The notes: generated by a model not told the origin, from the sequence alone. Numbered from the stretch's first letter, positions 39,369 to 53,423 are shown. The stretch is DNA of 64,000 bases from the human T2T-CHM13v2.0 reference genome, Homo sapiens (GCF_009914755.1 NC_060948.1), one strand, 5' to 3'. Program-made: numbers and translations.

Positions 39369-40788
39369 TGTGTCCGAAATTGGTGGGTTCTTGGTCTCAC
39401 TGACTTCAAGAATGAAGCCGCAGACCCTCGTGGTGAGTGTTACAGTTCTTAAAGATGTGTGTCCGGAGTTTGTTCCTTCTGATGTTCAGACATGTTCGGA
39501 GTTTATTCCTTCTGGTGGGTTCGTGGTCTCGCTGGATTCAGGAGTGAAGCTGCGGACCTTCGCGGTGAGGGTTACAGCTCTTAAGGTGGCGCGTCTGGAG
39601 TTGTTCATTCCTCCTGTCCGGAGTTGTTCATTCCTCCCGGTGGGTTCGTGGTCTCGCTGGCCTCAGGAGTGAAGCTGCAGACCTTCATGGTGAGTGTTAT
39701 AGCTCATAAAAGCAGCGTGGACCCAAAGAGTGGGCAGCAGCAAGATTTATTTCAAAGAGCGAAAGAACAAAGCTTCCACAATGTGGAAGGGGACCCGAGT
39801 GGATAGCCACTGCTGGATCCAGCAGCCTGCTTTTATTCTCTTATGTGGCCCCACCCACAACCTGCTGATTGGTCAATTTTACAGAGAGCTGATTGGTCCA
39901 TCTTGACAGGGTGCTGATTGGTGTGTTTACAATCCCTGAGCTAGACACAGCGTGCTGATTGGTGTGTTTACAATCCCTGAGCTAGACACAGCATGCTGAT
40001 TGGTGCATTTACAATCCTTTAGCTAGACATAAAAGTTTTCCAAGTCCCCACTAGATTATCTAGACACAGAGCACTGACTGGTACGTTTACAAACCTTGAG
40101 CTAGACACAGAGTGCTGATTGGTGTATTTACAATCCTTTAGCTAGACATAAAAGTTCTCCATGCCCCCACCCGACTCAGGAGCCCAGCTGGCTTTGCCTA
40201 GTGGATCCCGCACCAGGGCCGCGGGTGGAGCTGCCCGCCATTCCCATGCCATGCACCTGCATTCCTCAGCCCTTGGGTGGTTGATGGGACTGGGTGCTGC
40301 AGAGCAGGGGGACGGTGCCCATCAGGGAGGCTCGGGCCGTGGGGCAGCCCACCGTTGGGGGGCTCAGGCATGGCGGGCTGCAGGTCCTGAGCCATGCTGA
40401 GGCCCGGCGAGAATTCAAGTGCAGCGTGGATGGGCCGGCAGTGCTGGGGAACCCGGTGCCCCTCCACAGCTGCTGGCCCGGGTGCTAAGCCCCTCACTGC
40501 CTGGAGCAGCAGCGCTGGCTGGCCACTCTGAGTGTGAGGCCCACTGAGCCCATGCTCACCCAGAACTCACGCTGGCCCGCAAGTGTCGCTCCCAGTTTCC
40601 CGCCCGTGCCTCTCCCTCCACACCTACCCGCAAGCAGAGGGAGCCGGCTCTAGCCTCTGCCAGCCCAGAGAGGGGCTCCCACAGTACAGAGGCAGGCTGA
40701 AGGGCTCCTCAGGCATGGCCAGAGTGGATGCCGAGGCCAAGGAGGCGCTGAGAGCGAGCGAGGGCCATCAGCACATTGTCACCTCTCA
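39369..40788 (-). mobile_element. LTR12 (ERV9) solo LTR, LTR12D/E-like
   Basis: Termini tgtgtccg...acctctca. Exact 4-bp TSD gtta at 39365-39368 and 40789-40792. GC-rich U3, tandem CCAAT repeats, and U5 repeats 'gtgaagctgcagacctt'. Confidence 0.96.
39825..40160 (-). promoter_or_regulatory. LTR12 enhancer/promoter core: tandem CCAAT (NF-Y) boxes and AATAAA-type TATA element
   Basis: About six 'ctgattggt' motifs in ~41-bp repeats. 'gcttttattct' at about 39829-39839 reads AATAAAAGC on the minus strand. Confidence 0.65.
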
Positions 40789-43700
40789 GTTAGGTATTTA
40801 CTGTAGTATTCTCAGTATGTGCTTGTTTGTGCTGTCCCTCTTGGGAAGGGTTTCAAGACATTCAAACAGACTTGAATGTTTTAATCTAAACCATATGTAC
40901 ATTAAGGGGAACACCAAATTCAGTAATGCTGTGGTTCTTACAGATTCATGGAGGTACCACTTCTTGGACTAGGATATAATCTGGAAGAATTCTCTGGACT
41001 TCTCAAGAGAGAATCTTGTTTATTTTCCTTTCTTACTTTCAAACAAGTGGAATCTCTCTTTCTATATGTTGAGCCACCTGTAGCTGGGTGTGGGGTGACA
41101 CAAGCACCCCCATGGCCACCACCACTGGGACTGTTCTAGGTCAGACCTGAAGCCAGCACAGCACTGGGTTTTAGCAAAGACCTGTTGTAACTACTACCTG
41201 CTTACCACCTATGTTCATTCAAGGTCCTTAGGCTTTAAAATTAGCAGCTGCTGAAGCCAGCCAGACTTGTGTCTTTCCTTTCAGGGAAAACAGTGAGTTC
41301 TTCTAGGCCCTGGGCAGGTCCAGAGATGCTGTCTCAGAGCCAGGGACTGGAGCCAAAAACTTAGGAATCTACCTGGTACTCTGTTCTACTGTGGCTAAAC
41401 TAGCACTCAAACCACAAGACAAAGTCCTTCCGACTCTCCCCTCCCCTTTCCATAGTTAGAGGAGTCTCATCCCATGGCCACCATTACCACAGACCCTTGG
41501 AGAGTACTGTCAGGTTACCGTTGATGTTTCCATAAATTCCAAGAGTTCCTCAGTCATATTGTGGTGAATTCTGCCAGGCCTGGGACTGGCCTTTTGGGGC
41601 AGTGGGCTCCCCTGTGGCCCAGAGCATGTTTGGAAAGACCATTCAAGAGCCAATGCTTTGAATCAGGGATCCCAAGCTCCCTCTTGGTGCTCTTCTATGC
41701 TATGATCTAGCTGGTATCTAAAATGCAAGATAAATTCCCCTTTACTTTTCCCTCTGCTTTTCTCAAGCAGGAGTCTGTCCTCATAGCCACCAGAGCTGTG
41801 AATGTGCTGGGTCTCACCAGAAGCTTGCACACCTCAGAGTTTCACCCAAGGCCCATGGTGTGTAAAATTTGGATCTTGCTACTGGTTATTCAGGAACAAA
41901 GACCCTTTGGTCAACAGGTGATGAATAGTGCCAGGACTTGGTTCTTCCCTTCAAGGCAGCAGGTTTTCTTCTGCTCCAGTGTGTTTCTAGAAATGTCCAG
42001 GATCTAGGGCCTGGAATGGGAGCCTCACTACTCTGCCCAGTGCTATATCAGACTGTGGCTGAGCTGGTATTCAAGTTGCAAGACAAAGTCTTCTTTACTC
42101 TTTCCTCTCCTCTCCTCAAGGAGAAGGAAGGCGTCATTTTCATTGCTGCAAGCTGAACTGTGAGGAATTTGTAGAGGGGTAGCACAAGCACTCTCTTAGC
42201 CACCCTGTTTATGTCTCACTAGGTCATGTGCCACCTAAGCCCACTATCTCCAAGTCCAGCTCAGCACTAGGGCTTGCCTAGAAATTACAGTCCTTGTGAC
42301 CTAAACTGCCTTTTATTTAAGACCCCAGAGAAATTTTAGCCCATGGTGGCAAGGCTTGCTGAAACTCAAGTTCCTATCACTAGGATGGGTGAATCTAATC
42401 TCCTCTGCCTAGGGCTGGTCTAAATGCTCCCTCCATGGGTAGTTGTCAGCTGAGTTTAGCACAGTTTTGCTTTTCTGTGTGACAGGGAAGCACTGAATTC
42501 AATGCAATTTCTTACAGTTGTTGCACTTTGCCTTCCCCAAGTGAAACGGATTCTCATGGCCACACAGCCACTGCCAGAGTATTCAGGAGGGGTAGCATCA
42601 AAAATTAAGACTCTCTTTCCTACCGCCTTTAGTACCTCTTTCAGTGATACGAAGTTAACACTATGTACTGTGATTGCTTACCTGATTTTTGGTTCTTATG
42701 AACTTCCTTTTTTTTATGTAGATAATTATTAAATTTGGTGTTCCTGTGGAGGGTAAAATTGGTGGAGGTTTCTATTTAGCCTCCTTGTTCTGCCCCTTTG
42801 CTAGATGTTTATTTTCATGTATAAGAGCAAAGTTAAGCCTGCCAGTTTTGCTATTGTACAGGCACATCTTTATAGAAAAAAATGTTGCGGAAGCTTTCTT
42901 TATGTGTATCATCTTCTAGCCTACGATAAACCAGAAGTAAAAGCTACCTTCCACAGCTTATTTTCCTGTTTGCAAAAAGGAAAGGCAGTGGCTAGTGCAT
43001 TTCGAGGTTAAATAAAACAATTCATAGTGTTGATTGGTGTTTATATAGTAACCTAAGAAAGATTAATTACAAAGAAAAATAAACAAAGAAATAAATAATA
43101 GTTAATTGTTTAATGTATACCTAACTTATCACTCTTCATTGACCTACAACTAATAATTATTATTTAAAACAAACAAAATAGATTTTTAAAACCTGCTGCT
43201 TTATATGACTTTCATTTATCTAAAAACACATGGTTTACGCAGTAACACTGAGATTCAATCTTTGATAAATCACCGACTAAGAAAAACTTCTGATTCTTCA
43301 TGTTTTACTTTGCATATAAATTGCCTCTTGAATATTTCCACATAAATCAGAATTATAATTTACAACCCAGAATAAAATGGACTAAATATATTTACTTATT
43401 CTTTCTCTGACAGAAAAGCTGCCTAAACAGAAACACCATTGAAGAAAAAAGAGATTGCAGTCTTCTCTGTTTCTGCCATGTTGAAGCTTGGATATATTGC
43501 TTTTGTGTCTTCTGTAGAAGAAATCATTTGATTTGTTTATTTCTTTTCTCTGCAATATGTGAAAAGTAAATGTTGGTGGTGTCTAGTTTATTTTAAAAAA
43601 AATAGTGCATTCCTCAATGCAGTTGGAAGGGCTAAGATTTAAATAACATTGAAAATTATAACTGCAATAAAGCAGAATTCCTGACTTTTCTATTGTCCAG

Positions 43701-43849
43701 TAAGTTCTGTTGATTTCCTCTGTGATATCTTTGGCAGGCAGAGTCTCCCTTCATTATTCTAAATTTGGTGAAATAAAAATTGTATTAGTTTTTAATAAAA
43801 TTATGTATCTGGGTACAGAATTTTTTTGGGTAGGAACTGTCAACAGTGT

Positions 43850-43963
43850 CTCTACATCTCTATCTATCTATGTATCTATCTATATCTATGTCTATATCTA
43901 TCTGTCTATCTATCTATATCTCCCCTATTAATTTTCTTTTTCTAGAGAACTCTAATTAATATA
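43850..43963 (+). repeat. (TCTA)n-like simple repeat followed by an MLT2-like LTR 3' end
   Basis: Imperfect ctat repeats, then 'cctatt...tctagagaac.ctaa.taata'. Confidence 0.55.
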
Positions 43964-45569
43964 GTGATGCATTTTGGACTGTGCTATAAAAAATATTAGG
44001 GGGCAGCCCATAGTGTAGCTCTATTTGTTGCCACTCTGGTTCTACTCAAGAAACTATTAGACTTCCTCTCCTTTCATGTGGACTAACAGATGTTTTACAC
44101 TTCCAGTTTATACGTAAGTCTTACTTATTTGAAGTTTTCATTCAACTAAATGATTCCACTGATTACTTTCTATTTATAATAAATCTGTTAATCACTACAG
44201 GGAACACAGACATAAGTAAGATCATCTAGAGTCTCAAAATGCTCAGATACTAGCTGGGATGAAGTTGGAGGTGGATCTATAAGGTGGGAGTGGAAGGAAG
44301 GCTGATAAGTAAAAAAATGTAAAAATAAAAAATCAGGATGGAGACAAGTGGCACGTAAAAATGTACAAAATGATATGGAAACAAATGAAGACATGATTGC
44401 ATCTAATTAGAGGGATCAAAAGTGCTTTCATTAAAGAGGTGGTCAGATACTATTGCAGAATTTTGACATGTGACATTCAGGGTGGGGATATAAGACATTC
44501 TAAAAGGATGGAGTTAAATATGCATGGACAAAGCAAAACATGAGGCAGAAAGCACCCAGTATGTCTGTGGTGTGATGCTTTGTAGAGAATCTAGCAGATT
44601 AGACAATTAAAACCCTGAAAATATAGTTTGAAACAAAATGATAAGAGTCTTGAATAGAAAATTGAGGAATTCTGAGTTAATTTTATAATTAGCTGTGGAG
44701 CAATGAATGTGTTTGAGTAGGTCAATACTTACTGAAAGGAAATTATGCTGATAGCAGGGTGGTATAATTTATAAGTTGGGAGGCAGAAGACATGGAGATC
44801 AGTTAAAAACCTCTTACAATAGCACATGACTGAGTCAATCAAGCCTGAATTTGAGTGGTGGCAGAGGAAACGGAGAAGAATAAAGAGTTTTTTTGTGGAA
44901 ACTGAAATCAATACAATTCAACAACTGTTTGGCTATAAGGAATAGTAGATAGGGTGGAATCAAAGATGATAAAGAGATCTCAAGCCTGGTTAGAGCTGTT
45001 AGAATAAACTAAATATCAGGAAAATGAATTACCTTGAGCACAAAAATGGGGATTTCAATTTTCAAAATGTTGAATTTGTTGTGCTCATGAGGTAGAAATA
45101 ATCAGTGAAGCAGTTGGATGTGTAGGTCTCCTGATCTAGAGACATGTTAGGACAGAAGATAGAGATATAAGAGTCATTTACATAGAGGTGATAGTTGAAG
45201 CTATGGATCTAGATATATTTTCTGATTAATAGATTCTAAAACAAAATGTGAATAAAATCTTAAGAAATATACAGAAGTAGTAGAATCCATATTGCGGGTA
45301 AGAGTCATCAGGACATATCTAGCAAACGTCTAAATAGCTCATGCGATGGGCACACAAAGTGTATTTGTGTGAGTAAAATTTGAGGAAACAGCTTGGATAG
45401 AATTTGGCATGTCCATCAAACTGGTGAGCTCTTCCAATAGTAGTCTTCTGTCAGGGAGGCTTAAAAACCCTATGCTTGATCCAGTAACAATACTTAGTTA
45501 ATTTAGGTAATAATAATCTAAGTAAAACATTGTGTCCTCAGTATGAATTTTGAGAAGTGGTAAAGTCTA

Positions 45570-45683
45570 CTTGTTAAGAATATAGTTTCTAGAGCCAAAG
45601 TGTGTGGGTTTGAATTCCTGCCTGTCACTTACTAGCTGGGTTACTTTGAGCAAGTATCTTAACTTCTCTGCTTCTTAGTATCT

Positions 45684-45726
<43 letters not shown>

Positions 45727-46150
45727 GACAGGGTCTGGCTCTGTCACCCAAGATGGAGCGCAGTGGCGCTATCTCGGCTCACTCCAACCTCTGTCTTTGG
45801 GCTCAAACCATCCTCCTACCCCAGCCTCTCAAATAGCTGGGACTACAAGAGTGCACAACCATGCCCGGCTAATTTTTGAATTTTTGGTAGAGATGGGAAT
45901 TCACCATGTTGACCAGGCTCGTCTTGAACTCCTGAGCCCAAGTGATCCACATGCCTCAGCCTCTCAAAGTGCTGGGATTACAGGCGTGAACAACCACACC
46001 TGGCTGTCTTATTATCTTTAAATGTATAATTGGGAAAATAATACTACACCAGAAGTTAGTTGTAGTAATTTAAAAAGTTAAAATACAGTAAGTATATAAG
46101 ACAGTTCTTGAGACTTGTTAAGTCCTTAACAAATGTTTGCCATTATTATG
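45570..46150 (+). mobile_element. MIR split by an Alu
   Basis: 'gggtttgaattcctg...cacttactagctgggttactttgagcaagt..cttaacttctctg' resumes after the Alu as 'aataatactac'. Confidence 0.75.
45686..46005 (-). mobile_element. AluJ with (AAT)n tail
   Basis: 'gacagggtct', 'gggctcaa...tcctcc', an (ATT)n run at 45686-45725, and TSD tctta(g/t)tatctt. Confidence 0.93.
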
Positions 46151-47145
46151 TTTAGTCTCCTCACCCTAATTCAGTTAGATTGTCTGAGACCTATGGAGAG
46201 ATCTTTCAATGAATGTTCTTTAAGATATAGACACACAAGAATAATTCTTAGGAATTTCCATAACAAATTGTGAAAGAAATAAGGAGTTACTCTTCATCAC
46301 ACTGCCATGCAAACGTTTTTAGCTTTGGCAACTGAAAGATAACTGTTGTGCCTAGCAGATAAAGTAGAAAGACTACAATAAACCAGAAAAGCAGGGGCGT
46401 TGTATCAGTGGCAACAGTCTGTTCTATGGTACTGAAGTAATGCCTGCTGCAGTAGGCAGAGCGGCAACCATTAGAATTAGAGAACTACTGTACTTAGCTG
46501 AATGGCAGTGATTATTATGTAGCACCTAATAGAATAATGCGGATACATTAGGAGTGGAGCACTCATAAGGTTTTCTGAAAAATTATCGGGGCACTCATTG
46601 TAGGGAGACTGGAGTAAACCTTGTCAGCAAATGTGATAATAAGATAGTGCAATTTGTGTCATATATATTTAGCAGGCTGACAGAGTAAGAGAAGCTGCAG
46701 AAGGATACAGAAGAATCAGTCAGATAGAAATGAGGAGAGTATAGTATTATAGAAGGCAAAGTAAGAGAAATTCCTGGAAGTATGGCATTATCAACAGGGT
46801 CAAATGCTGCAGAAATGTCAAGAAGAATGAATACCAACAAAGGTGATTGGATCCGGAAACCGGAAACTCATTTGTAGTATCTCATAAGGCAGTTTCAGTA
46901 GAGCAGTGGTGTAAAGAGACTGATTGTAAAAAGCATAATTATAAACGGGTGGTGAGAAAGTGAAGAAAATTGGTGTGGAATCTTCTCTGGAGGAAATGTG
47001 GAACTATGAAAAATATACAAGATAGTACGTTGAAGAGGTGATAGGAGTTTGTAAATGATTTTTTGGTTTAGGAAGAGCTGAGCCATGTTTGTAGATAAAG
47101 AAGGAAAACCTGACACAGGGAGATTTTAAAAATTCAAGGAATAGG

Positions 47146-47561
<416 letters not shown>

Positions 47562-49269
47562 TCAATGACTAGTTCAAGTTATAAGCATAATGTAAGGAGA
47601 CATATGCAGAAACATGTACTGAGACTCATAAAAAGCCCAAAAGACATTGGTCATATTTCACAGAGATAGGAATCATAGCATATTTCTGAGACTATATTAT
47701 GGTCTGTCAAAGACTATTCTAGAAATCTCTGCAGCAATTTCGAATGGATTTTCAATTTAATGTTCAATTATTAATTTAACTCAGGTACTCTTCTGGTTTT
47801 TGATATTTTATTTGTATCTATTCATGTCATATTCTATGCATTGATTTTTTACCCCATTCAATATATTTCTTATTTGAGCTGATATTAACCAGATTTACTA
47901 TGCATAACTCACCATACCCCAATATCCCCAAATTTGTTTTTTTCATGAATTCATTTTGTGTGTAAGATTGATGTCCTACAAAATTAGCCCCAATTTACTC
48001 AAAATTTCCGTGTGCTTATCATTTTGACCCATTAACTTTATTATTTCTCATGGTCCTTCTTGCCTTTTTGCCCCTCTTTGTGCATAGTTTCAGTCTTACT
48101 TCCCCATATTAACTATCCCATTCTCTTTGGACTCCTAGTTTAAGTTCCTTAAAACATAATCTGATTGGACCAGTTTATCTATATTTAGCCAGAATTATTT
48201 GTTTTGTCGTCTCATGGGCTACTGATTAGTATAGGAAATGGCTTTTCTTGGTCAAGTGACCATTTGTAGTCTAATCTCCTGTTTTGGCGTACTGGTTGTA
48301 GAGAAGCATAAAATGAAACATCATGTGGGAAGAACATAATCAAGAAAATACCAGGGGTCACTTCCTCCAGCAGGAGTCTTGCTCGCAATCGTGCGTAGAA
48401 TGAGCTTTGACCTAGTAGGCATTATGCTTGGCTGATTGAAAACATCTGTGAATTAAATAAATTAACACAGAAAACCTAAATCTACTTCTGAAGTGATTTT
48501 GTCTTTTCCTCTTTATTTTCATCAATAGTGTCTTAGCTTACATATTATTTTCATCTCTTATTAGGACCTTTGCTAACTTGCCTAACTGTTTCTGATCTTT
48601 TCTTCATGATAACCTATTGTCCAAATTAATTTTTGAGTTTTATTTTAAAAACACATAATAGATAACATAACTCTCCTATTCAATATATTTAATGTCAATG
48701 AAAGTTAGCATGTTGAAGTGCGATGTGTATTCTATTCACTTGACGTGTAGTTGTTTAAAAATGTTCTTCAAGTAATAGATTACTGTTATCATCCTCCATT
48801 ATATACAAGGATATTGATACTCAGAAAATTCAAATAATCTGAGCAGATGAATAAAGTTAGTAAGTGTTGCAACTGGAATGTAAACCAATATTTATTGATT
48901 CTGATACCAATTCAATATTTATTATTTTAAACTCTAGCCTACACAACTTTCCATTGTCTGCAGAAAGAAGTTCAACATTCCTACAAATTCATACATAGTT
49001 CTTGACAATTTTCCCCAAGCCACATTTAGAGGCTCATTTTTTTCCTCTTTCTCTCATCATGTGGCTACCCTTCAATATAATCATACTAAACTTCTTGCAG
49101 TTTCATAAATACACCACTTTAAAAATATATCTCCTGTTTATTCCAAACATCCTAGGCTGGAAATGTTCAAATGACAAAATTCAAAGTTATTTGTAGTGTG
49201 ATATTTTTAGTACTACGGTAACTGGAAATATATATCTCCAGATATTCCTTGCAACTACGGTTATGTCGG

Positions 49270-50207
49270 CTATAGTAGACAGAATTCTAGCTGCTCTCTC
49301 TGGCCCCAAGATTTCATTCTTGGTTACTGAATCAAATATTAATCTAGGTATGGTTGCGAAGCCATTTTATAGGTGTAATTTAAGTCTTAAGTTAATGGAC
49401 ATTAATATATGGTGATTATCTGAGTGAACACGACCCAAGCAAGTGAGCCCCTCCTTTCTTTTAAAATATTTAATTGACAAAGATTGTATGCATTAGAAGT
49501 GTAAAACATGATGTTTTGATATATGCATATATTTTGCAATAATTGTTGCAATCAAATAAATTAATACATCTATCAACACAGATAGGATCCATTAGGTTCC
49601 CAGAACATGATAGTCTTATACCTGGAAGTTTATACACTTTGACCATCCTTCATTCCCTCCAAACCCCAGCTCTTAGCACCCACATTCTGCCCTCTGTTTC
49701 TGTAAGTTTGACTTTTTTAGATTCCACATGTATGTGAGATTATACAATATTTTTCTTTATGTGTCTAGCTTATTTTGGCTAGCATAAAGCAAAACATTTT
49801 GTTTAAATGTAGAAAAGAATATCGAAAGGCTTTGAAGCAGGAGAAAGATTTAATGGACTCACATTTCTGGCTTTGAAGAGGAGCAGGACCGTGTGCAAGG
49901 ACTAGAGAGTGGCTTCTAGGACTTAAGAGTGACCCCTGACTGACAGCCATTACGGAAATGTGGACCTATGTCTTACAACCTCATGAAGCTAAATTTTGCC
50001 AACAACCTGAATGAGCTAGAATTACATAGGTTTCCAAACCCTCCAAACCTGAACTCAGACTGACATTTTGATGCCAGCCTTGTAATATGCTGAGCAGAGA
50101 AATCAACTATGACATGACAGATTTCTGAACTACATAAATGCGGGCTAAAAAGTGAATGTTGTTTTAAACCGTAGTAACTTGTTATGTAGTAATAGAAAGC
50201 TATCATA
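49270..50207 (+). mobile_element. MaLR LTR (MLT1E-like) split by an L1MA fragment
   Basis: 'tagacagaattcta...ggccccaagatt...aatctaggta', resuming with 'tggctttgaag...ttgccaacaacctgaatgagct...aatagaaa'. Confidence 0.7.
49458..49790 (-). mobile_element. L1MA (L1MA7-9-like) 3'-end fragment
   Basis: 'tttaattgacaaagattgtat...catgatgttttgatata' and 'tttgacttttttagattccacat'. Confidence 0.75.
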
Positions 50208-50484
50208 GAGTCAAATTAAGTTTTACTAATAAGTTGCAGTTACATAAGATTTGAGGGCTGAAATAAGGCATAGACCTTCCAAAATAACTTTTGCCATTTT
50301 CTGGCTGGCAAACAATGTATGTGAAGATTCTGTTGTTCAATTTCCAGTTTTAGCAATGAAAGTGGCAGTTACAGCAATAATAATGGACTAACATTTTTTA
50401 ATCTGTTTATAAGCATCATGAGTGTTGAGAAAAATACAGGCTATCATGGTGGCTAGATTTCACATTTCATTTCCTAGACAGTCA

Positions 50485-51021
50485 TGTTCCCAGACAGGAC
50501 AAGGTTTGTCTGCTTGTTCTTGTGGTCCAATAACAAGACGCAGACAGACTGGGAAAGAAGGGAGTTTATTTCTCCAACTGGCTACAGACAGAAGGTCGGA
50601 GTAACTCACCAGACCAACTAAAAGTTACAAGGTTTTTCTTCAGTGCTCATATAAATTCAGACCATATGCCTATGTGTGAGAGTGCACCTGCAAGCCAAAG
50701 TGTTTCACCCTGTTTAATCTTTAACTAGGGGCTGGGATCTGAAAAATTTCTTTAGAGCTTTGGAAGAATTACTTAATCTAAAGTGGATCCTGGTACAAGG
50801 TGTACAAAGTGTGTAAGAACTTTTCCATTATTTTAATCAAACTCTAAGTTCTGAGAAGCCCAGGTGGGGTGTTAAATGCCTTGTTTTACATTCTAGCCTT
50901 TGTTCTAAGGTGCTAGTTTCTCCAGTTCTTTAGTGTTTAACTTACACTTTTATCAGAGTAACTGAAGGGTGTTGGTGAAGGCTGACCTCTCTGGTTCCTC
51001 ATGGCGACCCGGCCTACCACA
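50485..51021 (-). mobile_element. Solo LTR (MER54/MER73-like; family uncertain)
   Basis: tgttcc...ccaca termini and 'tttatt' poly(A) signal on the minus strand at about 50566. Flanks gtca/gttg fit a CpG-decayed gtcg TSD. Confidence 0.6.
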
Positions 51022-51659
51022 GTTGTAGTAATTATAGTAGTAGTCATAGCTTCCTAAACATTCTTTCTAATCCCTGGATCATGGCTTCAATAAGATTACA
51101 TTAAAGCTCATGTTTTAGGGCCAAGCTTTCTGATTCCTTACCTTTGTGATTATGATGAAGGTAGTAGTGATTCTGATATATTTTCTTAGGAGTAGTAGGT
51201 ATTGTTTCTGGAGGTACAGCCTTAATCTTTACTCTCTAATTCTTGCAGTAACCTCATAAATACTAAATTTATTATGTTCAATTTCTTTTTTTTAAGTGAC
51301 TTCTATTACCTAAACTGAGCCCTGATTGATACTACAGTGCTTGATACTAGAAGTAATTATAGGCAATAAAACTTCAAAATTGGTAATCTAGTATTGGTTA
51401 TCTGGCCTTGGCATGTATAAAGCTATGACAATCCTGTTACTATTGGAAAATGTATCACTGTTAGTTCATAGGACACAGTGGCAAATAGTTACGGTTTTAC
51501 TGATAACTGTAATGAATAGCAATTGTGATAGACTGTTATTTTTGGAATGAATAATCTAGGTTTGAGGGTTAGATGTTTGTTTCTGACCATAGTAGAGAGT
51601 TTAATGAAAGAAAATGCTGACTTCAGGCTTATAAATTTTTGGCTTAGGATTTCTACCTT

Positions 51660-52131
51660 GAACCTGCACTGGCTTATGGCAGAGATAATGAAACAGAAAT
51701 CTCAGTGACCATACACAACAAGGAATACAAACTTCGCAAAAATAGTTTGGAAAAATCACTGAACAAATGTATAATGGCATCTCTCAGCAAACAAAAATAT
51801 GTAATCCCTTAGGAATAAGAAAATATGATTTCCAGAATTGCCAAATTATGATATTCAAAATATACAGTTCCAAACAACAGCAACAATAATAAAATTACAA
51901 AGCATACCAAAAAAAAAAAAAAGAAAAATGAAACACATAGCCCACTCACAGGAAAAAAAATTGACAAAAACCATCTCTGAGGAAGCCCAAACATTTGAAT
52001 TTATAGTAAAATACGTTAAATAAAATGTCTGAAATATGCTCAAAGAGCAAAAGGAAAGCATAGAAAATGAATTTAAGGTATTTGGAAGAACGATGTCTGA
52101 ACAAACAGCAAACGTCAGAAAAGAGATAGAA
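51660..52131 (+). mobile_element. Old L1M 5'/ORF1-start fragment
   Basis: 'gatttccagaattgcca', 'tgaggaagcccaaacatt', 'aaatatgctcaaagagc' and 'aaagagatagaaa'. Confidence 0.55.
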
Positions 52132-53209
52132 AGAGCTTTCAGATAGTGGAACCTATGAAGGTTCCTGGAGGGTGGTGTATTAGTCCATTCTCACACTGAT
52201 ATAAAGACGTACCTGAGGCTGGGTAATTTATTTAGAAAACAGGTTTAATTGGCTCATGTTTCTGTGGTCTGTACAGGCTTCTGTTCCTGGGGAGGCCTCA
52301 GAAAGCTTATAATCGTGGTGGAAGGTGAAGGGGAAGCAGGCATTGTTTTCACATGGTCAGAGCAGGAGACAGAGAGAGAGAAGGGGGAGGTGCTACACAC
52401 TTTTGAATAACCAGATCTCATGAGAACTCTATCATGAGACAGCACTAGGTGGATGGTGCTAAACCCATAGAAATCAACCCCATAATCCAATTACCTGCCA
52501 CCAGGCCCCAACTCCAACACTGGGGATTGCAATTCAACATGAGATTTGAGTGGGGACACAGAACCAAATTATCAGATGGCACACCTGGTGAGGGCATGAA
52601 AGCTTTGTACTCCTTTCCATATGCTTTGCCATATGCATCTTTTTATAAGATGCTAGCCACAGAGGTGAGCTGGCTTGGGTAGAATAAGGTTCCAACTGAG
52701 CCACATAGTTTCAGGTCATGACGACCACACTTGGCCACATTTGTCCTGTTGGTTGAACCCAGTGGGCCTCTCTGCCATGGCCAATCTTTTGGGATATCCT
52801 TTATAATAAGATGGAAAATATAAGTAAATGTTTCCCTGGGTTCTGTAAGCTGATCTAGCAAATTGATCAAACCAAAGGAGGGGGTTACGGGATCTCTGAT
52901 TTATAACCAGTTGGTAAGATGTACAGGTAAAACAACCTGGAGCTTGCAATTGGCATGTGAAGGGGGAATACAGTCGTGGGGATTGAGACCTCAGCTTGTG
53001 GGATCTGAGACTATATTCAAGTAGACATTGTCAGAATAGAACGGAATTAGAGGAAACCTAGCTGATGTGAACTGTAGAAGTGATTGCTAGCTTGTTGGTG
53101 GAGAGAAATCCCCACACATTTTGTCACAGAAGTCTTCTGTGTTGATTGTTGTTGATGAGAGAATAGAAACTGCACTTTGAGTTTGTGTGTGAGTTTTTTC
53201 TACTCTCAA
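52132..53209 (+). mobile_element. MER21-type LTR (3' half), split by MSTA and a short insert
   Basis: Homologous to 1201-1717 ('gttcctggagggtgg', 'ctagcaaatt.atcaaacc', 'gtcacagaagtcttctgtgtt'). Confidence 0.8.
52176..52574 (-). mobile_element. MSTA-like solo LTR
   Basis: tgtattagtccattctcacac...gagtggggacaca...tatca. TSD ggtgg/gatgg. Confidence 0.9.
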
Positions 53210-53423
53210 CTGAGTCAATGGGGTTTACTAGAATAGTCCTGGCTCACAGAAACAGATGGTTTGGGATGAGAAAGAATAAAAGGGTGGTGATAAGGAATCT
53301 TTGATTCCTTAGGGGACATGTGGTCACCATGGTTTGGAGCCATGGATGTGTTGCAATTAGTTACTAAAGGTAAAATTTACCAGTGGAATTCAGAGATGAA
53401 CCTAGCTCCCATGGACTTGGTTC

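Larger units (their letters stand above)
38939..42803 (-). mobile_element. L1M1-type 5' UTR and ORF1 N-half (3'-truncated), split by LTR12
   Basis: ORF1 remnant 38984-39256 (SDTEIKIAVFKKL...SDKFNKDIEI). The 5' UTR is homologous to 21720-24213. Confidence 0.85.
44400..47135 (-). mobile_element. Fragmented L2 remnants
   Basis: 'ggagatcagtta', 'aatcaaagatga', 'cagttggat', 'gagtcatt...gaggtgatagttgaagc', 'gtcaaatgctgcaga' and 'cagtttcagtagag'. Confidence 0.65.

Noticed and set aside
39860-40160. Regular ~41-bp repeats resembling an array
   Set aside because: These are the known LTR12 U3 tandem CCAAT repeats and have no unique spacers.
43380-43720. Possible splice acceptors (ttctttctctgacag at about 43413; also about 25101 and 30861)
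   Set aside because: There is no convincing paired donor or reading frame. Isolated acceptors are common in AT-rich DNA.
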